A DNA stretch of 63,617 nucleotides, filler included, from Rhabdomonas costata (Eukaryota): NCBI GenBank assembly GCA_019059605.1. It is 21 parts of 21 records of this genome, joined end to end, with 100 filler letters (N's around TTAATTAATTAA, not from the genome) between each part and the next. Parts side by side here need not be neighbours in the genome. Positions count along the whole stretch, not along the records: positions 48,577 to 51,505 come from JAHMHO010001715.1; positions 51,606 to 54,534 come from JAHMHO010001716.1; positions 54,635 to 57,562 come from JAHMHO010001717.1; positions 57,663 to 60,588 come from JAHMHO010001718.1; positions 60,689 to 63,617 come from JAHMHO010001719.1; 16 more parts are not named here. The stretch is one strand, 5' to 3'. Position numbers and translations under genes: made by a program. The notes beneath the pieces are model-generated. The model saw only the letters and a list, made by a program, of their open reading frames with translations, was not told the DNA's origin and searched no databases. Shown here in pieces: positions 48,773 through 61,520 of the stretch. Numbering within the stretch: position 1 is the stretch's first letter; each line of letters begins with the position of its first letter.

Positions 48773-51469
48773 ATGAGCGGTGCCCACTCGCTTCCCTTGC
48801 GCCTTCTCGTTGTGGTAATCCTCGCGCTCTGCTGTGCGCTGGCCTTCGCGGTTCGGCTGTTCTCTGTGTTGAAGTACGAGGCAGTGATCCATGAGTTTGA
48901 CCCCTACTTCAACTACCGTAGCACCCAGGCGGCGCTGCGGATGGGTTTGCAGGAGTTCTACAACTGGTTTGATGACATGGTGTGTTCAATGCTCCACGAC
49001 TCTTGTGCTTCTCTTTACTGCAGACGCTACGGAGCGACGGCTTGTTTTGGGAACTTTCCCGACCTCCCATCTGCCTTGACAAGTTCACGGGTTTCTGGAA
49101 GCTGCTGTATTTCGGAGGACAGTAGGAAAATCAGGGGTGCGCAGGCATTATGGGGACCCACACACACACTATTAAGTGCACTTTGCCCCCCCCCCCCGTC
49201 AACGGTGCATTTTACGAACGAAAGTTTGATTGCATTTAGGGTGTGTTGCTTGGGGGGGGGGGCTCTGTGATGGAGCCAGTCATGATCTAATGCCTTCCGG
49301 CTTCGTTTTCTCCGTTTTCGGTGCATTTGATGGAAAGGTGTGGTATCCTCTGGGGCGGCATGTGGGGCACACGGTGTACCCCGGGCTGATGATCACTGCG
49401 GCAGCCGCGGATGCTGCGCTGCGGGCGCTTCACTTTGTCGTGGAGCCCCGGCTGATCTGCGTGCTGATGGGGCCCATGTTTGCCGCGCTGACCTCCCTGG
49501 TGACATACTTCCTTGGCAAAGAGGTGTTTTGTTGTTTTCCCGTTATTCTCCGTGCTTGGAGTGCATAACTTCGTTCTTTTTATGAGGTGAAATAATCTCA
49601 GAGTTCCGGCAGGAGCTGACAACATCCACTTTTTAATATGTATGTCTCCTCGGAACACTTTCCCCCGCGTCCTTATTATTAAGGAGGGGGGTGTTCTTGG
49701 CTATCTGTTCCTTTTGATCTCATTTCTGTCGATTTCTCTTGCGCATTATCTTTGTGGGCGCCACACTTTCACCTGCGCTTGCCCCACGATTATTTGTGCA
49801 GCTTTGGAGTCCCGGTGCAGGTCTGTTCTCGGCGGCGCTCATCGCCGTGGCTCCCGGGTACATCTCCCGCTCCACAGCCGGAGGGTACGCAGGGATTCCT
49901 CTCTTCCTTCTCCCTTTCGTGGGTTCTTTTGAAGCGTTTTGAATTTTCTGTAACATTTGGAATCGCCGTTGGGCTATTGTAAGCGCTGAGGTCAGTGCAC
50001 GGCGCGGCCGGACGTTGGATGATGAGATGATGCGATGTCCTCCTCATCCAATTTCTCGCTCTTAATTTTGTGTTGGTGGTGATTGTGGTTGTGGTGAACC
50101 TGTTCAGGTACGACAACGAGTGTGTTGCGATCTTTGCGATGCTGGTTGTTCTGCTGGGCTTTGTGAAGGCGGTCAATTCTGGCTCGTTGTTGTGGAGCAT
50201 GGTGGGGTCCCTGGGCTATTTTTACATGGTCACCGCGTGGGGCGGGTACATCTACGTCGTGAATCTTCTGCCGGCCTACACCTACGCTCTGGTTCTTCAG
50301 CTCCTTTCTGTGTAAAGTCTGGCCCTTCTCTCCGAGTCCCTGAATGCTCCCGTCTTGTCACGTGGCAGTTCTCAGAGCGTTTCTTTCGTTTTCTCTATTT
50401 AGTGTATGCCCACTGATGCCAATTACTGTTCAGTTGGCTCCTGCGTAGAGCAATGTCGGGCATTCCTTCCTCCCCAGCTTCCCTCAATTGACGCCCTGTC
50501 CTGGCTTCTAGTACTCAACAGACTACCCCCCCCCCTGTGAGCTTTGAGGTTTACCCATCGCTCCATCGAGAAACGACATCGGATTATAGAGAAGAGAGAG
50601 CGTCAGAAAGTCGGGTTAGAGAGAACGGCGTTCTGTGTGTTTGGCCTAATTTGACCTAAATTCCAGGTGGCTCTCGGCCGGTACTCTCACCGCTTGTACG
50701 TCGCCTACAGCACGTTTTACGTCTTTGGAGTCGTGCTGGCGATGCAGGTGCCCTTTGTGGGGTTTCAGGCGGTGCACGGCGCCGCGCACTTTTCCAGCCA
50801 TGCCGTCTTCGCCTTGCTTCAGCTCACGGCCCTGGTGAAGTTCGTGAAAGGGTGTGCTTCTTCTCCGCTCCTTTCCCTCTGGAAGATTCCGCACGGTTCT
50901 GGATGTCACTTTGTAAATCCCACGAAATGGTGGCACGCTTTTTGAATAGCTAACACTTATTCATTTTGTGGGAGTGCAGTTCCATGCTTCTCCGCTGGAG
51001 CCTTGGCGTGTGTAGCGTTGTTACGGTGATCTGGGCTTCAGCCTGAATTCCGGCACGGCACGAAGCCCACCCTTCTTCCCGCCTTTTGGTGTTTGTTCAG
51101 ACACTGATTGAGCATCGGCAAATGCACGAGGACCCAAATCCCGTTCTCCAGGTGGGAGAGAAAGACTGCCATCTCCGCGCCGAACCAGACTATTGGTGGC
51201 ATGTCTTCTCCAGATTGCTGTCAAGGAGTTTCATAGGCTGCAATTGAATCCCTAACTGTATTTCTTCTCAGGCTGCTTTCCCCAAAGTCCTACCGACACT
51301 TGCTTTTCGTGGCTGGAACTTTCGGAGGGATTACCGTGGCCGTGGCAGCGGCGGCTGTGCTCTCCTTCGGATACATCGCCCCTCAGTCGGCGTCCCGCTT
51401 CCGCACGCTGCTCACCCCCCACGCGGACACGATTCCGATCATCTCCTCTGTGAGCGAGCACCACGCCAC
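48773..51469 (+). CDS. STT3: Oligosaccharyltransferase catalytic subunit STT3, 5' half (exons 48773-48979, 49338-49523, 49802-49884, 50108-50291, 50667-50851, 51272-51469)
   Basis: [67 protein letters not shown]; five in-phase GT-AG introns. Confidence 0.97.
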
Positions 51470-51605
51470 GTATGCCACCCCACACCACCAAACGAACCCA
51501 AAACANNNNNNNNNNNNNNNNNNNNNNNNNNNNNNNNNNNNNNNNNNNNTTAATTAATTAANNNNNNNNNNNNNNNNNNNNNNNNNNNNNNNNNNNNNNN
51601 NNNNN

Positions 51606-54506
51606 GTTGGGTGGGTGAAGAGCTGCAACCGGGCGCAATACCGAACTGGCTGAATTGGGCTCCAGAGGGACGGGCATAGGTGGGCGCTGAGGGCCATCCC
51701 CGAGATCGAACGGGAATGGGCCCAGCGCGGGTTCCAGCGACAGGCTCAGAAGGATCGCCTTCGGCGGGTTCTCCAGGCAGAACCGGATGAAGTAAGCCGT
51801 CACCGTGCCAAAGCCCTTCGCCACCGTGGTGTGGGGCTTGTCGAAGACAAAGCAGTTGTCGCGGTGCCTAGAGATGGCCTGGAACACGGACTCCGAGATC
51901 TGCACCACGGAAGGCCTCGAGGTGCTCTGTGTTTGGTGGACGATGATTTGCAAGACGGCACGGACATCTACCTTCATAGAATGAACCGATCCCATCGTTT
52001 CAGCTTAGCCATATGATGCACCAACATTGACAATCTCTTGATGTTGCCCCTGGAAAGACTAAAGTTGAAGAAGTCAAATGGAACCCGAAACATACCAATG
52101 GACACCATCAGCCCACAAAAGGAGAAGAAGCATTAAAGACAAACTAAACTATACATATACAATCTCTCAGTCACCCAAATCAAATCTCGGAGCATCACTG
52201 CCACCTGCGGAATTCAACCTAGATAGCCGCACCCACGTATTCGCACACACAAGCCACCTCCATTCGGGAGGCCAGGTTCACGGTCTGGCCCCACACGTCG
52301 AAGGCAGGGCACTTCCCAGGAAGAACCCCAGCCGTCACAGGGCCACTGGCGATGCCGTAGCGCATCGAACTCTGCCCTTTTTTGTCAGAAGAGCCCATCG
52401 CGGAAGACGCCACGGACTGCAGAGCCGAAGATGCCATGGAGCCCGCACTGGTTCTCTTCTTTGCTCGGGCATTGCGCTCCTGCTTCAGCAGCGCCGAGGT
52501 CGCCGCAATGGCGCTCAGGCACTGCCCCGCGTCCGGGTGCAGGTAGCGCCCAGAAAAGATCTGCGCCACCATGCACGCGAACAGAGTCATCCTCAGGCTG
52601 TGGCCCCCAGGGTCCTCACTTGCCGAGGGCCCCAGCCCAGGAAGACCACTAAAAGTCAATAAGAGAGGCAGAATGGAAACAAATTGAAATGCAACTCTAT
52701 CTTCCCAGAACCATCCACTCTGGCCCCTAGAGCGGTACCCGCCCACATTCAGGGCTGAAGAAGGTCTCTCCCAGCCTGGTCTCCTGAATCCATCTATGAC
52801 GTCCAAAGCAGAAGTTGGGAAGCAGAATTTGCGCTTAGCACTGGTATCACTATATATACCAAAAAGGGGTTTACAGGGCGACGCACCAGTTCCGGGGACT
52901 TCAGCGGGAGCATACGGAGGAGGCTAGGAGGAGATGGAGATAACCAGAGACATGGGCTGTGGGGAGTAGGAGGCTTCTAAACAGGGCGGGTAAGTATGGC
53001 TCGTGGGGTGGAGGTGCTAAAGGGGACATTGAGAAAAATCGCTATTTCCATACTCCCATTGAACTATAGCAAGTTTTCTAAATCCCAAAGGGGCCAAGTT
53101 TAACTATGCGTGAGAGCATCACAGTTCCACGCGCATGCACGCGTGATGTCTGGGCTAAAGGTTCAGAAGGATTAGGTACGGCTAAACAAAAGGAAAAGGT
53201 GTGCTGGTCCCGCCTACCGCAGCCCGGGACACCGTCCCAGAAATGGCGTCAAGGATCCTTTACATCGAATAGTCACACCAATAGACCGATGAGGCAGGCA
53301 GAAATAGAGCAAGAACCACACATGTATACCGTGTGCAACATGCACATGAAGGGCTCTAACCCCTACACCAATTGCGTTGGACTCGTGGGAAGATGCACCG
53401 CACCCCGCACCCCCACCAAACCTTCTACCGGACAGGGAAGTGGAGCACACAAAATTCGTAAATGCCGAGCACCAGGTCAACGTTCTCGCCTGGCTCCAAG
53501 CGAACAGTGGAAAGCAAACAAGAAGATAGAGGTGGCCAAAAACACTCCGCTCAACCTGATCGCAAAGTAGGCATCTCCAATCGTTTTGATTTTGTGGATT
53601 TGGTAGTAGTCCGCCACGTGGTCCATAACATAGAAGACGTAGCCAATCCAACTGAGCATCTCTGCCGCCGTGAGACGGTTGGAGATGGTGCTGAAGTTGC
53701 ACATATCCGAGAAGAAAACCGTGGCCTGTGAGAATGGTGGTGGTGGCGGTCAAAAAAGATGTGTCTGCGTGTACGACTAAATAGAAACTACAGGCAAAGA
53801 ATTTCATGCAACAAAATGGTAGGGAATATAATAATAACAGGAAAAGCATAACAGCATCTCAGTGCATCAGGATCCATATAAAAGGCAGCTGTGCGAATTT
53901 TTCTAAAACAAATGCATATGGATGCAAGCTTGTGAGGACGGGCTGATCCTATGACTTTCCGGGCATGAAACTGCCTGGAATGCCTGGAACGAGGCGATAG
54001 CCCAGCAGAGGGGATAAAACAACAACAAACCGCTAATAGCAAGTAAGCCAAGCAAAGAGACCTCCGAAAGCCCCACCTCTTTGGCATCGCTCAGCATTGT
54101 GTTCAGCGCTGTCTGCGTGTTCAGGTGGTAACCCATCTCGTCGATGACATCCACCAGTAGAGCCGCGGTGGCCTTGTTCCTTTCCGTCTGCGGGAAACAA
54201 AGCCGTGGAGGGGGGTGCTCCATTTTTCAACTAAGATATGTGATTTTCAAACCTTACCGCCACCGCAGGCACACACACACACAGACACATAGACACCGTC
54301 ATTCGTTGGGACTGGGTCACCGAGAACGTCTCCACCGCATCCATCACCAGCCGAAGCTCATCCAGGAGGTTGTCGTTCTCTTTGGCCAGCACGGAGGTCC
54401 AGTTCAGCCCAATCGCCAGACCCGCCACCGTGGAGGCGATCAGCAGCGCCATCACCACAATCACCAGCAGCAGCCGAGTGGTGGGCTTCAGGCGACCCCC
54501 AACGTT
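51606..54506 (-). CDS. Membrane-anchored class III nucleotide (adenylate) cyclase, five internal exons
   Basis: TM helix, then ATVFFSDMCNFS, KIKTIGDAYFA, MRYGIASGPVTAGVLPGKCPAFDVWGQTVNLASRME|STS, KGFG. The Lys and Asp specificity residues indicate ATP as substrate. Confidence 0.93.
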
Positions 54507-54634
54507 CTACAACATATGACATGGGAAGCTGTTGNNNNNNNNNNNNNNNNNNNNNNNNNNNNNNNNNNNNNNNNNNNNTTAATTAATTAANNNNNNNNNN
54601 NNNNNNNNNNNNNNNNNNNNNNNNNNNNNNNNNN

Positions 54635-57090
54635 CGCTCCTCACCACACGGATCCCGCGGCCTCCACCCCCGCGAACCGCCTTCAGCAGCAGAGGATAGC
54701 CCATCCGGGGCGTGCACGAGGACAGGAACTGCTGCAGCTGGGCAACATCCTGAAACCCGCCCGTGCTGCCCGCCGCAGTGGGCACACCACAGCTGCGAGA
54801 AGGAAAAGATGAAACAGAAGAACAACTTTGCAAGCTGTCGCCTACTGGTAGCACATCTGTGTGTAACAATGAGTTATGTGACCAGCCTTCCGAAAAATGA
54901 GCTGAGTCTTTGGGCAGCCCAATTCTTGAATGCTTCGAACACAGGTTGTTTGACAGTCATGTTGTGGCAAGTATCCGCTTCGCCGTCTGGCGGTGACGAC
55001 AGTTCATGGGTTTCCTTTGCTTCTGTTGGTTCTAGTGCCCTATGCTGGAGTGCTCTAAACCCACTTGGTCCCATCTGGCCATCACAGCGTTCATTTCAAA
55101 TTACACCCCCCCCCCTCCCGAATACCTCTGCATTCTCCGAGCCCGATCTTTCCCAGCTCGGCAGGTGTTTTTCACTTGCGCGTACTCTGGTAGTTTGGAC
55201 GATGAGTTGGAATCTCAAATAAAGCACCCAGGGTTTCTCTGAACAGCGGAATGCTCGGGGTTGGGGAAACTACTGCGTTAGCTTGCTTGCCTCAGTTATG
55301 AGCCTTTGCACGGAACAAAGACGCGACGTTTGAAGTTTGACGGACCGTTACCACTGTGACCCTTTACCATTTTACCGTCCCGTCAAGACAACCGCTGTGT
55401 TTTTTGTATGTGTATGTGTGCGCGCGCCCATGCACTGAAAACGAGAGGAGAGAACCTCCCTGGGGGGTGAAGGGAGGGGCGGGGGTACGGGCCTATGAGC
55501 CAGCTGGCGAGTCTGGGTCTTGTCCCCGCACAGTGTGAGCACGGCGGGTGAGGGCCCGACAAACGTCAGCCCTGCCGCCTCGCATGCCCGCGCAAACTCC
55601 GCGCTCTCGCTCAGGAAGCCGTACCCTGGGTGCACCGCATCTGCCGCAAGCAAAACAATAAATGGAATGGGCAAAGCCGACGCTGCCAACTACTACAACT
55701 ACTAATTTGAGATTAACAAGACCCCGTGTCAATAATGAGAACAATGAGGTGGGACCCCACACACACACACACACACGCTCATACGAGCAACGGATACCCA
55801 GTCACCTTAACCCTAACACCTGAAGTGGTCACATCATTACAGCTCTAGGGCTACCACCATTCTACGTCTTTGCATCGAATAAATGGTTTTTGCACTTGAT
55901 TTTTTTTTTGCATCTTGGGGTGAGGTGGGCCCCGCGTGCACCCGTGTGGCCGGCCTTACTGAGCTAACCACCTTCTCCACATCTTTTGATTTGGGTGTGT
56001 GCCAATAAGAATCAATATACCATCGCAAGCAAACATTCGCCTCACCGCTTTCCTCTCCACTTCCATTCACAACTTAAAATGCGCTATCTCACTCATGTGA
56101 CCTGCTTTGCAGGCCAGGGCCACCTCGACGATCCGGTGAACCTCCAAGTAAGGCGAGCGCCCGGGCTGCGTGGGCTGCAGCGCGAAGGCCTCGTCCGAGG
56201 CACGCACATGCATCGCCTGAGCATCGTCCGGCGCAAACACCGTGGCTGTCCCAAGGCCTGTGGGTTAGCCACAGAGAGAGACAGTAAACTGAATGATAAA
56301 CCTGATAAACGCCGAGCACTGTGTACAAAACTACCAGAGCACCCCAAGGGGTTTTTAGGGCAATGGTGTACACTGGAGAAAGTTGTTCGGGCGGCGTCGT
56401 TCGCCCTTTCCTTTCTGAAGTATGTAATTGTTTTCGAGTTACCACACACGCAAGCGCTCACGAAGACAAGAAAACAATGGGGGACTTCGTCAGCGAAACA
56501 AACATGCACATGACAGCAACAAGAAAGAGCGTGAGGCGCAGTTGGTTTCAGTCGGTTTCTGTGCCGGTCCATGCACAAGAACCATACAAAATAAGGTCAC
56601 CCCTTTTCCCCGCCCGACCTCCTCACTGAATCCTACTCATGTCCACCCCCTCAGGCGAGAGTTCTTCACTGTGCCGCCTCATCACAGCTGCCTCACAGCT
56701 CTGCCCGCTGGACCCAAACCCTTTCTTGATAATCTAGTTGTCCTGCTCCTTCCATGGGCCAACTTTTTCCGATTTTTTTTTTAAATAAGATGGTTATTTA
56801 ATGCACCAACCCAGCAACCGAGTTCCCAAAACATTTAAGGGGGTGTTCAGGACATGTATCGCCTTGTCGATCAAGATGACGATCAGTCATTTAAAAAACA
56901 ATTGGCTTGATTAATTTTGTATCCCCCGTTCCAAGTGCTCATCAAAGACCCTCGATAATGGAATGAGGTTGAAACTTGGGGGGGGGGGCATACCCAGCTC
57001 GCGGGCGGCACGGAGAACCCGCACGGCGATCTCCCCGCGGTCCGCCGCCAGCAGCTTGGAAATCAGCCACCGCCGTGAGGCTCGCAGCAT
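54635..57090 (-). CDS. Biotin carboxylase domain protein (pyruvate or acyl-CoA carboxylase), mitochondrial, 5' part, four exons
   Basis: MLRASRRWLISKLLAADRGEIAVRVLRAARELG, MHVRASDEAF, DAVHPGYGFLSE, FVGPS, GDK, GYPLLLKAVRGGGGRGIRVV. Confidence 0.95.
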
Positions 57091-57890
57091 TGTTTTGTGG
57101 CGGTGGGGTGTGACCCCAAGAAAACCCCAATTCCCTCCGCCCTCCCTCGCAAGCTGCCTTATTCAAAAACGCTTCACCCCTCCGATGCAGACCGAAATTT
57201 CCTTTACCCTGTCCCAAAAGCACTGCAGGAAGCCTTCCGAAAGGGAGGTCCTCACTACTTCCCAACAACACGGACACGCACGCAATTGGAACCACTCACC
57301 ATGTCTGCCACGTCTCGCCACGACTGCAACTGTGGCAGCATTAATAAGGAGTGGCTGATTCACCTGCTTCACCTGCACACATTCGTGCACGCACAGCTCT
57401 TCAAGTTATTTTTCTTAAATCAAGCACGTGATTCACCACCAAAGTGCTGAAAACGGACTCGATACCTGTGTTCCTCGTCGCCCGGGATTCTTTGATATGA
57501 GATCACCCCTCACAACGTAAACCATCACAGGTTCATACTGTGCTGATGCGATCAAACCCACANNNNNNNNNNNNNNNNNNNNNNNNNNNNNNNNNNNNNN
57601 NNNNNNTTAATTAATTAANNNNNNNNNNNNNNNNNNNNNNNNNNNNNNNNNNNNNNNNNNNNGGGGTGGGGGAAGGAAACCGCTCCAAACACACAAAGAT
57701 GCACATGGACGGGGTGCATCGGGTGCAAATTTTTGGTTGGCTCTGAAACAAACGGAAGGCGGAGCGGCAAATCTGGTCAACGTCACAGAGACGGGTATTT
57801 GGCTGTCTTGACTAGTTAGAAAATTCATGGGGCAGGCTGCGTAATTTCCCAGTGGGTCAGCTGTCAATGGCCGTTAGGATTCGAAATGAG

Positions 57891-59171
57891 TCACTGGACG
57901 CAGTTGGACATCACCATCACCGGGCCGCGCAGTGCGACGGAGTTCTGGCGCAGAACAAAGCGAAGCGAGAGAAGGAGAGAGTGACAGTAAGAGAGTGAGA
58001 GAGTGAGAGACCTCCGATAGGAACTCTCGCGGTCCAGCACGGGGGCCTTGGGGGCTCCCTGGATGGGCGGCAGGCGGGTAGGTGGCGCCATTGGGAAGGT
58101 CGACGGCAGGAACCCTCGCGTGGGCTGCGCAGGAGAAAGACCACACCATAGACACAGACATATAAAAACCAGATAAAAAAAGACAACGGGGGGAGGGGGA
58201 AATCCAGCCTTTTTCTTTTTGTTTCGGAAAGTGTTAAATTTGCTTTTGGTGACCCCGGCCGCAATGAAGCTCAGAGGCAATTTCCCGCCCCACGCACCCC
58301 CACCATCACCACCTGGGCCGCGGAGGCGGCTGGCTTTTGCACCTAAGAGAATACAATCCCTTTTGCATTGTTCTCTAATGGAAAATGTTCAGCCTCGCAC
58401 CGAGAAAACGAAAGGAAGAAGAGGAGGGAAACAGTAGAAGACGCATACGTTTCCCTGTAACCCGATGCAAACCCCTTGGACATTATTTCTTCTAATGCAA
58501 ACTACATTGGGTGGGTGGGGGGTCAATTAACAGACGGAACCTGGGAAGTGCGCAACGTTACTCCTTTCTTCCTTTCTTCGTTTCCATTTTCGCATTACCA
58601 GCCCTCAAGTCAGCTGCTTTCAGATTTTCAATTCAATGGTTTTTTGAGGCTTTCCGCCATCTTTTGCCTTCCCTTCCCGCCATCTTTTGCCTTCCCTTCC
58701 TTTGCCCTTTCTGGTCGCTTAACACCCCGCCACGCCATCTGTCCGAGCCATCAGTCGCTTGCGGGGCGCTGGAATCCTTTCCCTCACCACACCGTCCTTC
58801 ACACTCCGTGTACCGCTTTTTTTCGCATTCCATAATCTCACCTCTGCCTCGCTTGATCATCAGACTTGTGTAATTTGGAACTATACTGTCCTCTTGCATT
58901 CCCTGTTCGTATGCCGTCCATTTGCCTTGAGCGGCATCCCCTCAGGGGGTGAAACTCACAGTGGGGAATTGAGAAAGAGGTGAGGAGAGGGAGAAAAAGA
59001 ATAATGACAAAAAACCAAAAACCAAAGAGAGAGAGAGAGAGGTAAAACTACCGACTCCAGCAGAGGCGCGCGCTGCTGCGGGGTCAGCTGTGAGCTGCTG
59101 ACCTGGGAGGTGTTTCGCCCCCCTGCGATGGAGGGCAGGAACGGCGCCGGGGCGGCCGGCCCATCCCCATG
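57891..59171 (-). CDS. Putative 3' exons of a Pro/Ala-rich unknown protein (59171-59052, 58124-58012, 57944 to about 57891); reading frame ambiguous
   Basis: Three GC-rich islands, each bounded by polypyrimidine-AG and GT; more than one frame is open. Confidence 0.45.
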
Positions 59172-61520
59172 CTGCACACACACATACACAGCTATGCGAG
59201 AGGAGTACAGAAAAGAGGCGCCGTTGTCTACCCCGAGAAGACTCCTCAGGTCAGAATGGTGCTTGCCATGGGGAATTTCGGTGCCTTTCTGGCATCAGCA
59301 CAAACCGTGCTACGGTTCAACATTTCAGTGAACCAGCACATCACCACATCACAACAAGTGTGGGTGGGTGGGGGGTGCAGAATTTGGAAGCATTTGCTGT
59401 CGTGTATCCCTTCAGCACAATGATGGCCTTATGCAAAGGCTTCCAATGTGGAACGGTATCCGACACTTTTACCAAGGGAACCAGATCAAGGGAACCAAAA
59501 ATTTTCACCGCGGCACTATACAGGTCGATTTCTACATCTTTTACAATCACAATTTTTTACCTCGTTTTCAAAAGTTTTTCGGGAGCCCTCGATTTTACGT
59601 TTTTTTTACGTTTCTTTCAAACGTCTTTTTTGCGATCGTAAAAAAGAGACAAGGAAGCGGTGGGGGGGCACCACCTGCTGAGCCAGCAATGCCGTCAGCC
59701 CCTCCTTGCTGCGAAGCCCAACTTCGAAGGCATCCTGGGTCACCCCCCAAAGCTAAAGAAAATGCAACTGCGGGATGTGCAAAACATACTACAGGATGCA
59801 GTCTTGTGCGTTCATTCTGGCTTGCATGGAATCAGCACTTCACACTCCCGCACTTTTAACACCAAAAGAGAAACCAGAAGTCCAATTCGCTTCCCATTGC
59901 CCCCCTTTGGCGCTTGGCTTCGCAATACCGACAATAACACACTCAGCCATTCACAGGACTACGGCACTTAAGGGCGCAGGCGCCCACGGTCTCATTCGCA
60001 ACCTCCTATGCCAGCATGGTTTCAGAAAAGGAACCGCCGTTCATTTCATCTTGACCACACCGCCTCCCTTTTGAGGGTGGAAAAGTTGAACGCAACCGCA
60101 CCGTTTCCTGATCCTCCGAGTCATCCATGAGATCAGACTTGTGCTCCTTGTTCTTCTGAGAAATAGAAAAAAACAAGTGGCCAAGGGTAAAGCACGCCCT
60201 GGGCCTTTTTTAAACTGCAGGCCCAGAACCCTTTGGTGGCCGGTCCTTTAACCTCATCCCAGTGTTCCCCTCTCTGCCCTTTTTCTCTCATTTTTTTCCA
60301 ATGGCACTCACAACGCAGAGCGAATGTACCGACCCGAAAATTACTGGGAGACAAAAAGGGCGAGACGAAAACCGACTTCATGTGACGGAGAAAAACTGGC
60401 TGGGAAAACTGGCTTTACCGTGTGTATTCCTTTATTTATCAGAAGAAACTCAGTTTCTGTCACGTGATTTCTCGGGTGCATTCAAGAATGTTACACGTTC
60501 TTACATGGGCTGGTGGAAGAGTTGCGTTGCCAACACCTACATGCTCACAGTCCCAGTCACCCAAACGAAACAACAGTCCCAAACCCCCNNNNNNNNNNNN
60601 NNNNNNNNNNNNNNNNNNNNNNNNNNNNNNNNTTAATTAATTAANNNNNNNNNNNNNNNNNNNNNNNNNNNNNNNNNNNNNNNNNNNNTGTTTTGGGGGT
60701 TTGGTTTGTTTGCTTGCTCGTAGTTTGCTTGTTTATTTGTTCCACGTGTTCGCATCTTTGCCGTTTCACCGCAGTCCATACCCATTCACTCCCGTATTCT
60801 TTGTTTCTTGTGAGTCCGGTATTAGCGAGCGGAATTAGAGACCGCCGATGACATTTACCAAGTTCGCAGTGATTAATGGCCGGGGGTGCGACCCAAAGCG
60901 AGCTTTCAAAAGAAAAAACAAGCCCCCACTAAAAATATGCCCTTGTCTTTTTTCGTGATTTTCTTTCTTCCCTTCGTTTGTTGCGTTACTGGTGAGAATT
61001 CGGGAGTTTAAATTCGCTGCCGAATCAGACCAGAATTCAAGGAATATAATTTTGGAAACACCTTTGTTAAACCAAAATCAGTGCGGAGTGGAATTTAGGG
61101 TGTGGATACAATCAAATGCAAGTGAGTGTAATCATTTTTTCGATAAGGCTTTTGACAAATTTGTCTTTCCTTCTTCTTCACGAATGAAGGGAAGGAAGCG
61201 AAAGCCAGCTCAAAGTGGTGTGTGAAGGGTAGGGTGTGGAAGCTTTTCTGGTTATTCTGGAAGTTCCCATTATGGCGATGGAGGGCGCGGGACAAGTACT
61301 GCAAGACAACCAAGCGCACAAGTAGCTTTGGAGGGGTTCGTGATCCCCGAAAGAGGGGTTCTATTGTACAACGACCTCCAGAAACTGACACACGTCCCCA
61401 AAGCCCGCGCCACACCGTACCATACTCCAAACACCACCCGCGCGCGCACACACACACACAACCACATTTTCTGGAGATGCTCAAGAACAGCGCTCCAGCG
61501 CTGGGGCCTGTTCGTCGCTC

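Noticed and set aside
24330-57090. Functional clustering of neighbouring genes (for example cilia or ER genes) as an operon-like system
   Set aside because: The genes lie on different contigs of near-equal length joined by artificial spacers, so adjacency is artificial.
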